Below are positions 25,600-38,990 of a stretch of DNA of 64,000 bases, piece after piece (within the stretch, counting starts at the first letter, position 1; each line of letters starts with the position of its first letter). The notes under the pieces were generated by a model, which saw nothing but the letters and a program-made list of their open reading frames with translations, searched no databases and was not told where the DNA came from. Source of the DNA: Lama glama. Taxonomy: Eukaryota. The translations under genes and the position numbers were made by a program. The stretch covers positions 17,360,001-17,424,000 of the forward strand of contig CM052821.1 of the NCBI GenBank assembly GCA_028534125.1, given 5' to 3'.

Positions 25600-26496
25600 C
25601 TGTCCCACAGAGCATGAGGATGGCCGTACTCTTTCCTCTGATAAAGAGTACTCAGGTGATCTTCCTCATCTCTCAAGACAGCTCAGTGCTCGCCTTAGGA
25701 AGACAGTACTACTACTGGCTTTTCGTCAGACGGTTTCTTCGTGGCAAGATGAGTGTCTAACCTTAGGATGGTATGTTCCGTGCTAGGAATGAGATTGCAA
25801 CCCTGAAACTCAACACAATGACCAAGTCACCAAACCTCTATCTTGGATTACCAGGCTCCTAACTGGTCTTCCTGACTTTTCTTCAATCATCAGAGCTCTC
25901 TGTGTAACACAAAATGAAAGTATCAGTCCACTTACGTATTCACTCATTAATTCAACAAAAATTCACAATTTATTTATTGAAGAGCTACCAGGTGTCAAGC
26001 ACATGTCTTACAAGTGTCAGTGTGATGGTGGCAGGGCTCAGAGTGCAGTCACAGCGTACTGCTTGTGCTCAGCACTGTGTCTGTCAGACTGGATACACAG
26101 TATGCCTTCAACGAAGATCCCCTGAGTGCCTCTACATGCCAAGCCCTACACTGAAGGCAGGGGGCTCAAACCAGAGAGAAATGCTGGCACTGCCCTTGAT
26201 GAACTTGCCAGGATCACCATCGTGCTCAGAGAACTGGCCTCCAGAAAGGAACCTAAAATAACTTGTTCTTTTTCTCCTTTTCCTCCCTCCTCCTGCCTGT
26301 GTCCTTTTCCTCCTCTTCTAGCATTCTAGTCTTGTTAACCCCCTTATCAGAGCTTAACACAAATGTTCCCGTCACTTAACATAAAGCCTTGCCAAACCAC
26401 CCCCCACACCCCCAAAGAAAGAAAGCCTTGCCAATATAGGACCAGTTTCCCTGTTACGTGTTCTCAAAACACCTTGTCTTTCTCCTTTATATCAAT

Positions 26497-26718
26497 CATT
26501 GCTTCTCAACCAGGGATGATTTTGCTCCCCTTCCCAAGGCCACTTGACAACAAGTGGAGACATTTTTAATTGTTACCACTGGGAGAGAGGTGGTTGCTGG
26601 CACACAGTGGATAAAGGACAGGGATGCTGTTAAACATCCTACAAGGCACAGGACAACTTCCTGCAACAGAGAATTATCTGGCCTGAATGTCAATAGTGCT
26701 GAGACCGAGAAACTCTTG
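26497..26718 (+). mobile_element. MER20 (hAT-Charlie MITE) nested in an L2 remnant (about 26330-26885)
   Basis: cattgcttctcaaccaggg..gattttgc...ggagacattttt...gggatgctgttaaacatcctacaaggcacaggac...aatgtcaatagtgctgag..gagaaac matches the MER20 consensus layout. Confidence 0.9.
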
Positions 26719-29700
26719 TATAAATCGTCACAGTTTAGAATAACTGATCTATTTTTTGTCATCACGCAATTAATGTACTTTCCGCCACCAAACCATAAGT
26801 TCCAAAAAAGCAGGGACTAAGTCTGTTTTGCACCATTATATTCCCAAAGACTCACAAGAAGAGGGTCAACAATCATTTACTGAAAGTTGTCTTTAAAGCA
26901 ACGTTAAATCTATTCTCTGAAACAAATTACAACATTCAAGTGATTTCTCTTTACTGCAGGTATGTGCATGAACAAGACAAATTTAATTCTCTGTACTCAG
27001 TGATCATTTTCCAGAAAATGTTGGTTGCGTGCTTGTGTTGTAGCTTTAACTGAGGAGGCACCATTCCAAAATGAAAGTATTCCAGATGAAAATATTGGTT
27101 TTAACATATTAGGAAATTCTTGGACAGTGGACAAGACCTATATAGCACGTATGGCTCCGGCTGCAGTCATCCCTCATACTGTGCAGTACGTGGAACTGAC
27201 AAGTCTTCATGACACAAACAGCAGGAAACCTAACGTGTGCGAGGACCGGCAGGTCACAGAGTTAGCACAGTGACATCATCAAGACATCTCTGAAGAAATG
27301 TTAACACAGCCTCATCTCCTTCATATCTGCTACCTAAGAAAAGTGAGCTTGGCTTCTACTGAGCCAAGTCTTCAGTGGCTGCTAGATCTAAAGCCTCTAA
27401 TTATCATCTTGAGTCATAATATTTGCTTTGAACTTTAATTCAAGTGAACATTCAAACGTGATTTTCATAGAGAAGTCAATTTCTGGAAGTGCTGCAACGT
27501 AAAAACTTTGGGGAAAGGACTCAGTTAATTATTAAAGTGGATCTAAAACAACGTACTAAAACACACTACTTTATAAAAATAAAAAAGTCACTAGTTTACA
27601 GACCTAGACTGTCTTATAAACATGCTACAAATGCACATGGGGCCTGTTTTCATCCAGAGATGTTCCCCTTCTTCGTGAGGCAGTGAATTCTTTAAGTACA
27701 CACAGAGCCTGCATTTGAAAGCATGCAATTTATCTGTTATATTTCCCTGTTGAAATTTTGTATTAAAAAGATGCCTCAGGATTCTAGTTTTAAAGGATAC
27801 GAGCTTAATATTGACTTTAGAAAGGCTTTTCTCCCCCACCGAAAATCTTTGCGTTTCTGGTTCCCACTCCATCAAATACATTTGGGGGAACTTAAGCCCC
27901 TTTTCTTTGGGTTTTTGTATTTGGAAACTCCAATATACAAGGCCCTTTTGACTAGATACTGAAGAAATATAAACATTTCAGCATTCTTGTCCTCAAATCC
28001 CAACTTAGAGCCTCTTTGGATTTTTTTTTCCCTCTGCTATCTGCCCTCAATGAACTTATACTCTTGTGGGACAGGAAGAAAACACAGACTTCTGAGCTCA
28101 ATTTGTATAACGACATTTTTTGAGTGAAAGAATAGATCTCCTTTGACCAGTAAGAAAAGTAAGGCTTAGAGAAGTTAGTTTAAAAAGCATCTTAAAATAG
28201 AGGATTCCTTCCTGGGTCTTTTAAGGGCACACATTGAAAACTTACTTGTTCTATCATTATGAGACGCATGGTCCACACAGGTGGGGAGCAGAGACTCTTA
28301 GAACAGTTTAGTTACAATCTTAACGAATCACAGAGCAGTATCTGCTTCTGCATCTCATTTTAGATACAGTAAAAAGATGTTCTTCAACAGATGAAAGTCA
28401 CTATTGGAGGAGAAATGTCCACTCCTAGCATTTTATTTGGACTGCCCTATAGAGAAGAAAAAGCCAAGAAACATTCCTGCAAAACCGTATTTCCACATAT
28501 GCTGTCTGCCTTTATTGGGATAACTTTGAAAGTAGTGGGTGAGAAGAGTAAAACTTCCTATTACTGTAATGATGGTAAGATAACTGGGAAAGCTAGTATT
28601 TCCTTGGGCATGGACTTGACTGGAAAGTCATTGGATCTGGGACTAATTTTTAATTCATTTTTGTTCCCCACATAATATCTTGTACACTTTAGGTGCTTAA
28701 TAAGTATCTGTTCATTGACTTTGCTTACTGCTCAGATAAGGTGGTATTCAAATAGAATCCGAAAACTTATGAATAAGAAAAAGAAACACTACCCATACCA
28801 ACCTTTTTATGACGACAACAGCAGTACTGAAGACATATATAGTTGTCGTTTTCCTTCATTTAGTAAGTATTCAGAGAGAGGAAGTTTTTTCTCTCCTAAT
28901 ATAATGCCATCCACTGGGGCCACCTACTTTCTAGGTTAAGACAAGAAAAAGGACAAATGATACTATCCTGTCATTATTCTGGGAGACTGGCGACAAACTG
29001 TAGCATGGTGGTCCCACCACGTGAACCAGTTAAATCAGAAATTTCTATCTAAGCAGAGGATTGTCACAGGTGAGTGTTTTAAAGTGACAGAACTAGTGGA
29101 AAAATGGAACAAATGTGGATTAACATGAAACACGTGTCAAGGGCTGGTTAGTATTTTACATGTAATGTTATTATTATTACTATTTTCAGTTCTTGTATAG
29201 CCTTATGAGGTAGGTATTCTCTCCTGGAGAAGTTCAACATGGGAAATGACACATGAAGTGCTGCACAGGGGCAGTAAAGAGACCGGGATCTCAGCCTCCT
29301 GTCTCCTGTGAAGCCCTCCAAGGTAGCATGCAACTCCTTGGCGATTTTACCACGGTTCTCCTTCAGACTCTCTACCTCGCAGGTCTGAACACTTGCTTTA
29401 TTAGCTCACCCAGTGTGGCCCCATTTCTCAGAGGTGAGAATGTGTTACCAAACTGGAGAGACTTATGCGTATTAAGACAGATGTATAATAAGAAAGTTGT
29501 CATGGGCACAAGAAGCCTGGGCTTCTCTAGTTTAAAGCCCTCTAGAGCCTGGGCCTTAAACACAATGCAACACTGCTTCTCTCTTGGTATGCTGCTGGAA
29601 TCCAGGTCTCGTGTTCCTACTTCTACTTTCTGCGGATGGGGACCGCCTTCAGCACCCTGGACTGTTACTCCTTCTACACACAAACACCAGTCATAAGATT

Positions 29701-30171
29701 AAAAAACTCAAAGCTGGCTGTTTATGGTCTCAACCCACACTCAGCATTTCCCAGGCTTGCTTTCTCCTGCTCCTTGCTGCTACTTATGAGCAAAACTACG
29801 TGGGAGACAAAACATAATCAGAAGGTTGTTGGGTGAATAGAAAATGAGAACGAAAAGGAACTCTATCTAAAGGATGGCAATGCTGTTGAAGTGCGAACCC
29901 TGGGCAACAAGAACAACTTGACAACACCCCTCTCTGCATGTTAAGGATGATCCAGGTATTGGTCTTGAATCACTTGAAAGCATTAGTTAAGATTTCCTCT
30001 CCACCCTAGACGGTACCAATATTTACTTCTGTGATCCTCCTTTCTACTCTGCTTCCAGTGAGGACCAAATCCTCTTCTGATGAACCTGTTCCTTATAGAT
30101 ATATATTAACACATTTGTTAGGTTACAGTAAAGTCTTGCTTTTTAAGTAGTTATTTGGTCTCACATTGCAG

Positions 30172-30325
30172 AAGTGGTTTTTAACCTTTTTTGAGTCATC
30201 AACTCCTTTAAGAATGCTTTGAAAGATAAGGACTTTCTCTCCAGAAAAAGCCATGTACAGAAATACAAATATATATTATTTCCAGAATTCTAGAAATTCA
30301 TAGTTGAATCCAAGGTTTAAAATCA
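30172..30325 (+). mobile_element. MER103-like hAT-Charlie MITE
   Basis: agtggtttttaacctttttt...tgaaagataaggactttctctccagaaaaa...caaggttt. Confidence 0.6.
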
Positions 30326-31383
30326 GATAAATGCTTACGATAAATGTGCATATTCTTGCTCTGATCCGTTATGTATTGATATAGTGTTACACTCAGAGTC
30401 CATGGGACCTACGATCCTTATGAACCGGTATTAATTCCACTTCATAAATAAGAAAACTGAAGCTCAGGGAGGTTCAGTGACTTGCTCCAGGGCCAGTAAA
30501 GGGCAGAATAAGGAATTTATCTATGTCTACAGCAGATATAAGACTATCTTTAATTTTTAAGATTACTTTTTATAGATGAAAATGTCATCTTAAACTCAAA
30601 AATATCAAAAAAGAGGGAGTGGAGAAAGAGGGACATGGGTAGTGTTATAACTTTGGAGTATCTAAAGATGGCCACAACTTTTTTCTTTTAATTAGTGAAG
30701 ACATGGATTTTCTCTCTCCCCATTTTATTGAAGGGTAGAAATTACATGAGGTTAAATAACTTCTCAGGTCTTCTTCGTGCTGAGTAGACAGAACTGGAAT
30801 TTGAACAAGGAGGCTGTGTCCTAGAGGCTGAGCTGTTAACTACTCTAGGCGATGTCTGGCCACAGCCTAAGCAACCACTGGCTCCATCCATCTCTGCTGG
30901 CAATGTCTCAGAGTGACGTTGCCAATGGCAGTCAAATAACATACTTTAAGCACACTTGAGGATTATTAACCTGAAGGAACTCTGAACCTTCAAATTCAAG
31001 AGGGTCAGAGTCCAGGGCAACCCTCAGATTATGGCAAGCATGAGATGCATATGCTTTCATTCAGTATTTGAAAAAGATGTGAAGTGGTTTATGTGTTACT
31101 ACAAAAATGGTCCCTTTCTGCATTTTCCTTTTGCGTTGTGTTATATTTTATTAGGCAACAAAGGCTTCTTTTCTTCCTCTCCTGGTAATAAGTAGTGATT
31201 AATCACAATCACCTGTCACACTTAATTTAGCATTCATTCCATGAAAAGATTTTCCATGCGCTCCAAGGTGAAATTTACATTTTAATGTCCATAGATAAAG
31301 AAGTATAGCAGTATGTATTACATTTTTCCCCCACTATGAAAACCATTTTTGGGAATTTAGACTGTTAAATAATCATTCCTTTT

Positions 31384-31531
31384 NNNNNNNNNNNNNNNNN
31401 NNNNNNNNNNNNNNNNNNNNNNNNNNNNNNNNNNNNNNNNNNNNNNNNNNNNNNNNNNNNNNNNNNNNNNNNNNNNNNNNNNNNNNNNNNNNNNNNNNNN
31501 NNNNNNNNNNNNNNNNNNNNNNNNNNNNNNN
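31384..31531. other. Assembly gap (148 N)
   Basis: Run of N. Confidence 1.
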
Positions 31532-32640
31532 ATAAATGGCTCTCCATTTACAGTGTTTCAGTTGGAATCTAACATTGGTTTTACTGGAAATGATGAAAAA
31601 TTACTCTTCCTGGAACATAGAGTTACAAATTAGTATTGGAAATGAGCTGTGTTCATTTAGCTTTGGGAAAATTTAAACTTATTCTGTTATTTCCTTCTAA
31701 GCAATTTATCATGAGGAGGCTTAGTAAAGCAAAAACCTTTAGGAGTCCAGAAAATTTTTCAAGGGGAAAGGAGTCATACCAGTTATGTGATTCATTCATT
31801 CACACATTTATCTAATAAATGAGTTTCATTCAACTTGCAGAAATAGTGACCAAGCCAGGATTAGAAGCCCTGTCTATGCACTGCCATTGTACCCTTTCAA
31901 CCTCACTCTGCTTTGAATGTTACACCCTTCTTCTTTTGTTTTGCAAACAGCTCACATGTCTGGGAGTGTTCTCTGGCCCCAATGACAGGAGTTTCTTTGC
32001 GTCTTCCCTCATAGCATTCATGACAACCTGGCACCATGTTATATACTCATGTGGCTATTGTGTTTCTCCTCAAAAGAATGCAAAGTCCATGAGGGCAAAG
32101 AATCTGTGGCCTCTAATAGTGTCTAGCACTTAGTAGGACTCAATAAATAACTTGGCCGTAAACATTATTCCATAGTTCATATCTTATTCCCTAAAATATC
32201 CATGTTTGCTTTAACTAGAATTTTCGAAAATTAAATATCTTAATGTCCTCAAGTTACAAGACTTCTTAAATAAGAAAAGAGGTCCTAGAAGAAAACAGGT
32301 TCAATGCTGCTACACTGAAATTGAGGGCTTCTGCTCAACAAAAAGCCACCACGAAGAGATCGTAAATACAAGTCTACAAATAAGGAGAAGAAAACTGCCA
32401 CACATATAAGCCACAAATAATTAGTACCCAGAAGAGATCAATAAATTCTAAAATTCAATAAGGAAGATAAATACAAGTTACCCATTAGATAAACAGAATG
32501 GTGAAAGATGTGAACATACATTTTAAAGAGGAGTAAATATGCGTGGCTAATAATGGTCAATAATGACCAATAAAAATAAGATCAATATTCAACCTCTTTA
32601 GCAATCTGGGAAATGAAAACTAAAAATCACAATGACATAT

Positions 32641-33222
32641 ACTCAAAAAAAAAAAAAAAGCACAGACTCAAACTTATTTTTTATACACTTATTTTTATAC
32701 ACTTACTTGCACACCCATGTCCATAATAGCATTACTCACAATAGCCAAAAAGTGGCAGCAATCTGTGTCCATGGACAGATGAGTAGATAAACAAATTGTG
32801 TTTTAATGACACATGGAATACTTACAATAGAATATTATTCAGCCTTTAAAAAGAGGGACATTTTGATACATGCTACAACAACGATGAACCTCGAAGATAT
32901 TATGCTAAGTGGCAACAGGCCAAGCACAAAAGGACAAGTGTTGGATGATATCACTAAATGAGGTACACAGTCAAATCCATAAAGCCAGGAAGTAAAATGA
33001 TGATTGCCAAGGGCTGATGGAAGTGGGGGATAAGAAATTATTGTTCAGTGGGTATGGGGTTTCAGTTTGAGCAGATGAAAAAAGTTCTGGAAAAGGACTT
33101 TCTGGAAAAGGACTGCAGTAGTGGTTGAACAACAATATGAATGTACTTAATGCCACTGAACTGTACCCTTAAAAATGGTTCAAGTGGTAAATTTTGTTAT
33201 ATATGTTTATCACAATAAAGAG
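32641..33222 (+). mobile_element. L1MB-like 3' end nested in an older L1
   Basis: L1 3'UTR motifs (cacacccatgt...aacaatatgaatgtacttaatgccactgaactgta); degenerate TSD aaatcacaat(g/a)a(c/g)atat at 32624-32640 and 33223-33239. Confidence 0.85.
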
Positions 33223-33309
33223 AAATCACAATAAGATATTAATTTATATTCACTAGACTAACAAAAAACCAAAAGCCCCAAATTTCTGACAGTAGCAAGT
33301 ATTTATAAT

Positions 33310-33680
33310 TGCTATGGACTAAACTGTATCCCCTAAATTCATATATTGAAGCCCTGATTCCCTGTTTGACCGTATTGGAGACAAGGCCTGGAAGGAGGTG
33401 ATTAAAGTTAAAGGAGGTCATGAGGGTAGAGGTCTGATCTACCAGTATCATCATAAAAGAAGAGGAGACACCAGAAAGCTTGCTTTCTCCTTCCACCAGT
33501 GAGGATACAGTAGAAGGCAGCCGTCTGCAAGCCAAAAAGAGAGGCCTCGCTAGAATCTGAATCCTGCTGGAACCTGGATCTTGGACTTTCCAGTCTCCAG
33601 AACAGTGAGAAAATAAATCTCTGTTGTTTCAGCCAGCCAGCCTACGGTATTTTGCTAGGCATCCCAAGCAGACTAAAACA
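33310..33680 (+). mobile_element. MaLR solo LTR (MLT1A-like)
   Basis: tgctatggact...ctccagaacagtgagaaaataaat...gcagactaaaaca; about 370 bp; 5-bp TSD ataat/acaat. Confidence 0.9.
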
Positions 33681-35272
33681 ACAATAGTGGAGCAACGCAA
33701 GCTCATATGTTGGGTGCTAAGAGTGGACATGGGGACAGTTGGCTTGGTCCAGCCAATCCAAGGAGGTGCACACTCACAACTTGGCAACTCCACTGCCTGG
33801 TGTGCACTGGAGAGAAATTCCAGCATGTGTGCAACACAAGACCATGGACATGCCTGGTCCAGCTTTTGTATTCACAAAATCTGAAAACAACCAAAATGCA
33901 CACTGAGAGGAGAACAGAAACAATAAATTAAAATAGGTGAATAATGAATTGAAAAACACAGGATGACATTACATCTGGAAAGATAAAGAACATAATATCT
34001 TTGAGGGGAGTATAGGGTCATGGTCACCAATATTCTGTACTTTAAGCTGGGTAGCAGGGCACGTGGAGGTCTTATTATTGTTTTTTAAAATATACATGTC
34101 CACTCTGCATACTCTTATTTTACATATTTAGAATACTTATTAAAAATTAAATAAATGAAATTAATGCCAAAATGCAATATCCAAAGCATATAGCTCAACT
34201 ACATTTCATTCATTTTGCTCCAATTTTTTTTTTGTAAATAATTTTAGGTCACTCCTCTTGCTATGTTCTAACGCTTTTTATTTAACTTCCTCCCTCTTCC
34301 CCAAATAATAAAGAGTTTAAAAAAGTAATTATTCTCAATTTAAAGATTTTTAACTTTTTATTTTGTCCATGAAAAAACTGAGCCCCCTGGGAGCCAATTT
34401 TCCATGCAGACCATGGAATCTGATCTCACAGCCTTCCTGGTCTTGCTCAGACCCATCGTACAATTTCCCAGCATAAGTGTCTATCATATGATAATGCAGG
34501 AGAGAGAGAGAAATGGAAGATCATAAATAAATAGAGTATAAAACTTCAAGTTTCAGGGCATAACTGGAACAGATAACTAAGCAAGCACAATTCAGATACA
34601 ATAAATTATTTGAACTGCATATAGGAGTTGGCTACATAAATCACAATTTTACCAGAAATGCTGCAAAAATCTATGCCAACTAAGAACTGCACTGTGAACA
34701 GTAAAAAAAATCTTCGGTGTGCTCTAACCAGGACTCCACATCAGATGTAAATTCCGAGGGCCATTTAGATACACACCACAGGCGTACATACACGAGCATC
34801 AAGAACAAATTTTTCCCCTCAGGGTGAGAAGGTAGCTGTCCATATGAAAACACAGAGCTATTTTTGTTATGGCCGGGAGGTGGGAGTGATGGTAAGAGGT
34901 CAAGAAATAGTGAGAGCCAAGAGTTAAAAAAAACAACATCAAAACACGGAGACATACCATATTTTACATTTTCCTCCACCAGGGTAAACAAATTATTCTG
35001 GGGACACTGACGATGTGACACATAACTGTTTAGGGACATTCACATATATCATTTTATTTAATCCTCGATATATCATCCTTGATAGGTACTGCTTTTCCTA
35101 TTTTATATACAAAGAGAACGAGAGAAAGATTAGATAACAGTGCAGGTAAGCAGGAGTGCTGGAATTCAAATCTAGTTTGTCTCACTCTAGGTTGGTACTT
35201 TGCCCATCATACTGGTTCTCTATGACTGCCTTAAAATAGATTTTTTAATGACAACAAACTAATTATCAAGTC

Positions 35273-35498
35273 ATAGTGGTATCTCCTACCGTTAGTATAC
35301 TGTAATAGTAGTATACTACTAATAAAGGTTAGGTGCTACTATCACTAATATACTAATGATATGTATAACTAATTACATTATAATATAATGTATTATATAT
35401 GTAATATATATATTACATAGTGATAGTGATAGTAACACCTAACCTTTATTAGTAGTATACTACTATTACAGTATACTAACGGTAGGAGATACCACTAT
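35273..35498. repeat. Long near-perfect inverted repeat (75-bp arms, 76-bp AT-rich spacer)
   Basis: 35273-35347 is the reverse complement of 35424-35498 with a single mismatch. Confidence 0.95.
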
Positions 35499-37630
35499 TC
35501 GTATACTCCGATGCCATGTGGGTGCAGAAGGGCAGGTAGGAGCATGGAGGTTAGTCATCTGGGCAGAAAAGGATGAGGAAGACCCTCTGGGAGAGGCCAG
35601 GCTTGAGCTGGATGTCTAAGGCTGGGCAGGGGTTAGATATGTGAAGGAGGAGTGTGTGTTGGGAGAGAGGGCACTTCAGGCACGACAGAACGGCATCAGT
35701 GAAATCACACAGCATGAAACAGCACAATGTAGAGGGTAGACGGGTGGGGCAGGACATCAGCGTCATGGCACCAACTATAGAGCAGCAATCAAACTGGGGA
35801 TCAAATTGAGCTGAGCCGACAGGGACTGGGTAGCAAGTAGGAAGTGACTCAAGTAGGCAGGCTGTGAAGAGATTAAGTACCTGTTCTAGGAGTTAGAAGG
35901 AACCACAGAAAAGACTGCTGAATAATCCAGCGTGAAATGTCCACTTGAACTGTGATCAAATTCTTATTTAACTTTTCCATTTTTGTACTTTCTGGTTATA
36001 AAAGTCTAACATTTCAAAGATAAAAGTGGTAGAAGGCATCTGCATCCAGTGTCCCCGTGGTCATTTTTCCATAAAAAATCACCAGACATGAGAACGAACA
36101 AAATCTATTTCTTCATGACACATATGAGGCACTGGATGAATTCTGTACAAGCACAGTTATACCAGTAGAATTAAAACTGAGGTTGAGACAAACTCTAAGA
36201 AAACAGAATTAAATAACATCAGTCTTCTCCCTAGTAGTCCTGAACTGCCGGTAACCTTTGAATGCATGGTGTGCACTCACACATATCCATGGGTGTCTCT
36301 CTCTAGAATGTTTTCCCTCGTCTCTTTTTGGCCTGATATCATCTACTCGGCCTTTAAGATTGAGTTGAAGGGTCATTTTTTTTTTCTGGGAGTCTTCTCT
36401 AATCTTCCAACCTGCTTTGGTGCCTGTTCTCTTGGTCCCAGACCTCATGCATACTTCCATCTTAGCACTTGCACGCCGAAGCGGAACTGCGGGTGTTATA
36501 CTGACTTGAACCACCAGTAAACTCTAAGGTTCTTGAAGACGGGCATCATGGTTATTCAGAATAGAGACCATGCTTAACTCTATACCCCTTATTCCAAACA
36601 CATTACTTAGCACATATCTGGCACTAAATAAAGGCCTACAGTTTGTCGGTTCAACATCAGACAAGTACAGGTTGAAAACTAAATGTATCATTCGTAGAAT
36701 AACAAGATGACTTGAGAACAGATTCTTTATTTTTCCACCTCAAAACTACAAATAGATTATGTGGCGAAATGCCCCGAGATATGCAAGGTGGGACAGAAGT
36801 CGCAGACAACATCTCTCTCAGAGTTGCTTTGGGGAGTAGCAACAAGAATTTGCTTTTTTATATCCACTGAAACTCCCGATCAGCCCACCTTCAAATTAAT
36901 AGTTAGGATTTTTCATTATTGTGAAAGAAGAACAACTCTCTCACCCACAAAACAGACTATTACAGCACTGCTGGATCATTTTCTCCATATATGAGCATAA
37001 AAACTAAAACAGGAGCATTCAAGGGATTAATGTTTCAAGTAAAAGAAGCTATAGAGGGCTCTGCCATAATCTTTCAAGAGAATCTTTTCTCTGGTTCTCA
37101 CAAAGTACATTTTCCACACCAAGGGAAATTTGTTATTTGACTTTCAAGGCAAAAAAGACAAAATATTGCCTGGCAATAGTTGTAAGCCCCATTGTGGGCA
37201 GAAAGTTCCTTATTCAACAAGAAAAGAACATTACAGTGAACTAGACATAGAAAAAAATCCAATGCAAAGAGTGTCAATAACTTTTTTAGAGGAGCACCCA
37301 AGTTTCTGTGCAATGCCTAAGACATGCTCTAGCGGGCTGAGTGCAAGAACACCCAGTAGAGAGTTACACTTTTTCCTCCTTTTAGACAGATACAGCTTTA
37401 TCTGAAACATACGGTAGTAATCCTTAGGGTTACTTTTCAGTTTGGTTCAGTTCACTTAACTCTGCCAGACTCTGGAAACAGACATAACTGAGACAGTGAT
37501 GATGCTTCACAGAACTAACTCACAGAAACAGACGCACGCAGCTGAACATTTGTGGTGAGCAAAGATCTGCACGGTGCTACTGCCACTCGGGGCAACAGCG
37601 GGTGGGGGCTCTGAGAAAACTGCGGAGCAT

Positions 37631-37697
37631 CTGAGGTGAGTCTTCCAAGTGTGGCACCTCAGGTGAGTCTCACATGTTAAAAACCTGAGATGAGTCT
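37631..37697. repeat. Three degenerate copies of a 27-bp unit with core CT(G/C)AG(G/A)TGAGTCT
   Basis: Cores start at 37631, 37658 and 37685. Confidence 0.8.
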
Positions 37698-38119
37698 TAC
37701 AGGCCGAGTCTAAATGAGCCCCATCAATTGAAGAAGTGTCGGGCTTGGGTCTCAGGGAGGCTGACCAAAGAATCATCAGCTGAGAATTTTGTAAAGACCC
37801 GAGGGGATTCTCAAAGGTATTAACGTCAAGGGCCATATCTCTCCCTCCCTTTGGACCTGTCTTAGGAGGTTCTCAGTGGTACTGACCCCTGGTCCTGTGC
37901 AGACTATGCTCAGGGCGATCTGATGACGGGGGAATAAATAGTACTGCTCTTTATTCTGAGTAAGGAAATCATACATTAGAGTAACAACAACAACGACAAA
38001 GATGCAGGCGAGGGTGACAGTGTAATGGCCGTATTCTCAACAGAATGAGTATAGCCCAGAATGAAAAAGACAAAGATCTGGAGTCATGGGTGATACACGA
38101 CATGATCACAGCAGCGACG

Positions 38120-38990
38120 CTTCATTCACTGCTTCGTTCTTCAATCAGACTTGACTGGGAACCCTCAGTGCCAGGTTTCTGGGGGGTTACAGTGGTAGAC
38201 AAGACAGTTTAGAGGGCCTTCAATCTTGTGGGGGGACAAGCCAGAGAACAGGTTCTTACAGAACAGTGTTGAATGCCACCCTTGGGGACGCTACAGGGAA
38301 GACACAATAGGAGCACCTACACTGGACTTTATGGAGAGGAAGAAAAGTGATGTCTAAATTGAGGCCAGAAAGAAGAGCTGACCAGAAGAATGGGGTGGTG
38401 AGGAGGAGGGAAGTCCAGTTAGAGGAAACAGCAGGTGAAAAGGTACAGAAGCAAGATGTGTGCTCTGCAGGTGGGGGCAGCTCTGGACAACAGGGCCAGG
38501 AGCACAGGGGGAAGGCAAGGAAGTGTGCGAGTATGTGTGTGTGGTGTGTGTATATGATGTATGGTGTGTGTTTGGGGGGTATGTGTGTGTGTGGTGTGTG
38601 TATAGGGTATGTGGTGTGTGAGTGTGTATGGGGGCTATGTGTATGAGACGTGTGATGTGTGTATAAGACGTGTGGTGTGTGTGTGTGTGATATGTATATG
38701 GTGTGTGTATATGGTGTGGTGTGGTGTGTGGCGTGTATGTGAGGGTGTAGTGTGATGGCAACAGAGATGAGAAACCGAAGCTAGATTGTTAAGTAGGAGC
38801 CAGATCACCAATTGCCTTGAGCCCGCATTAGGGAGTTGAGCCGTATTTCCGCGCCACTGGGAGCCATTACAGCACCTGCGGCACACAGTGACAGCAGCAG
38901 ATCTGTGCTTCAGGAAGCCCCTCGTGCCGCAGCGTGGGAACAGGCTGGACGGGACCAGGCAAAGCCCGGGGGGGGGCGGTTAAGAATCTA
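38120..38990 (-). mobile_element. LINE-2 fragment interrupted by a TG-rich low-complexity tract
   Basis: ttcattcact...gtgccagg...acaagacag...; continues ggagccagatcac...gggagccatt after the TG tract. Confidence 0.65.
38530..38756. repeat. Degenerate (TG)n/(GTGTG)n low-complexity tract
   Basis: About 225 bp of almost exclusively G/T/A dinucleotide-like repeats; explains the His/Thr-rich and Cys/Val-rich ORFs here. Confidence 0.9.

Larger units (their letters stand above)
32300..34150 (+). mobile_element. Old L1 (L1ME-like) host fragment interrupted by the L1MB piece and MLT1A
   Basis: Degenerate L1 ORF2-end/3'UTR sequence on both sides of the nested inserts. Confidence 0.65.

Noticed and set aside
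29253-29696. Overlapping 147-aa and 103-aa ORFs
   Set aside because: No recognisable domain, no convincing splice or start context, and a length expected by chance.
37241-37261. LDIEKNP in the + strand ORF 37130-37405, identical to a LAS2 heptapeptide as I recall it
   Set aside because: Wrong strand relative to the other exons, no flanking similarity and no sign of a local inversion; treated as chance.
37507-37836. 109-aa ORF with repeated THLR motifs and TFEN (cf. LAS2 AFEN)
   Set aside because: The repeats come from the 27-bp DNA unit, there is no acceptor in the required phase, and it is not a C2H2 zinc-finger pattern.
38347-38886. His/Thr-rich and Cys/Val-rich ORFs
   Set aside because: Translations of a TG low-complexity tract.
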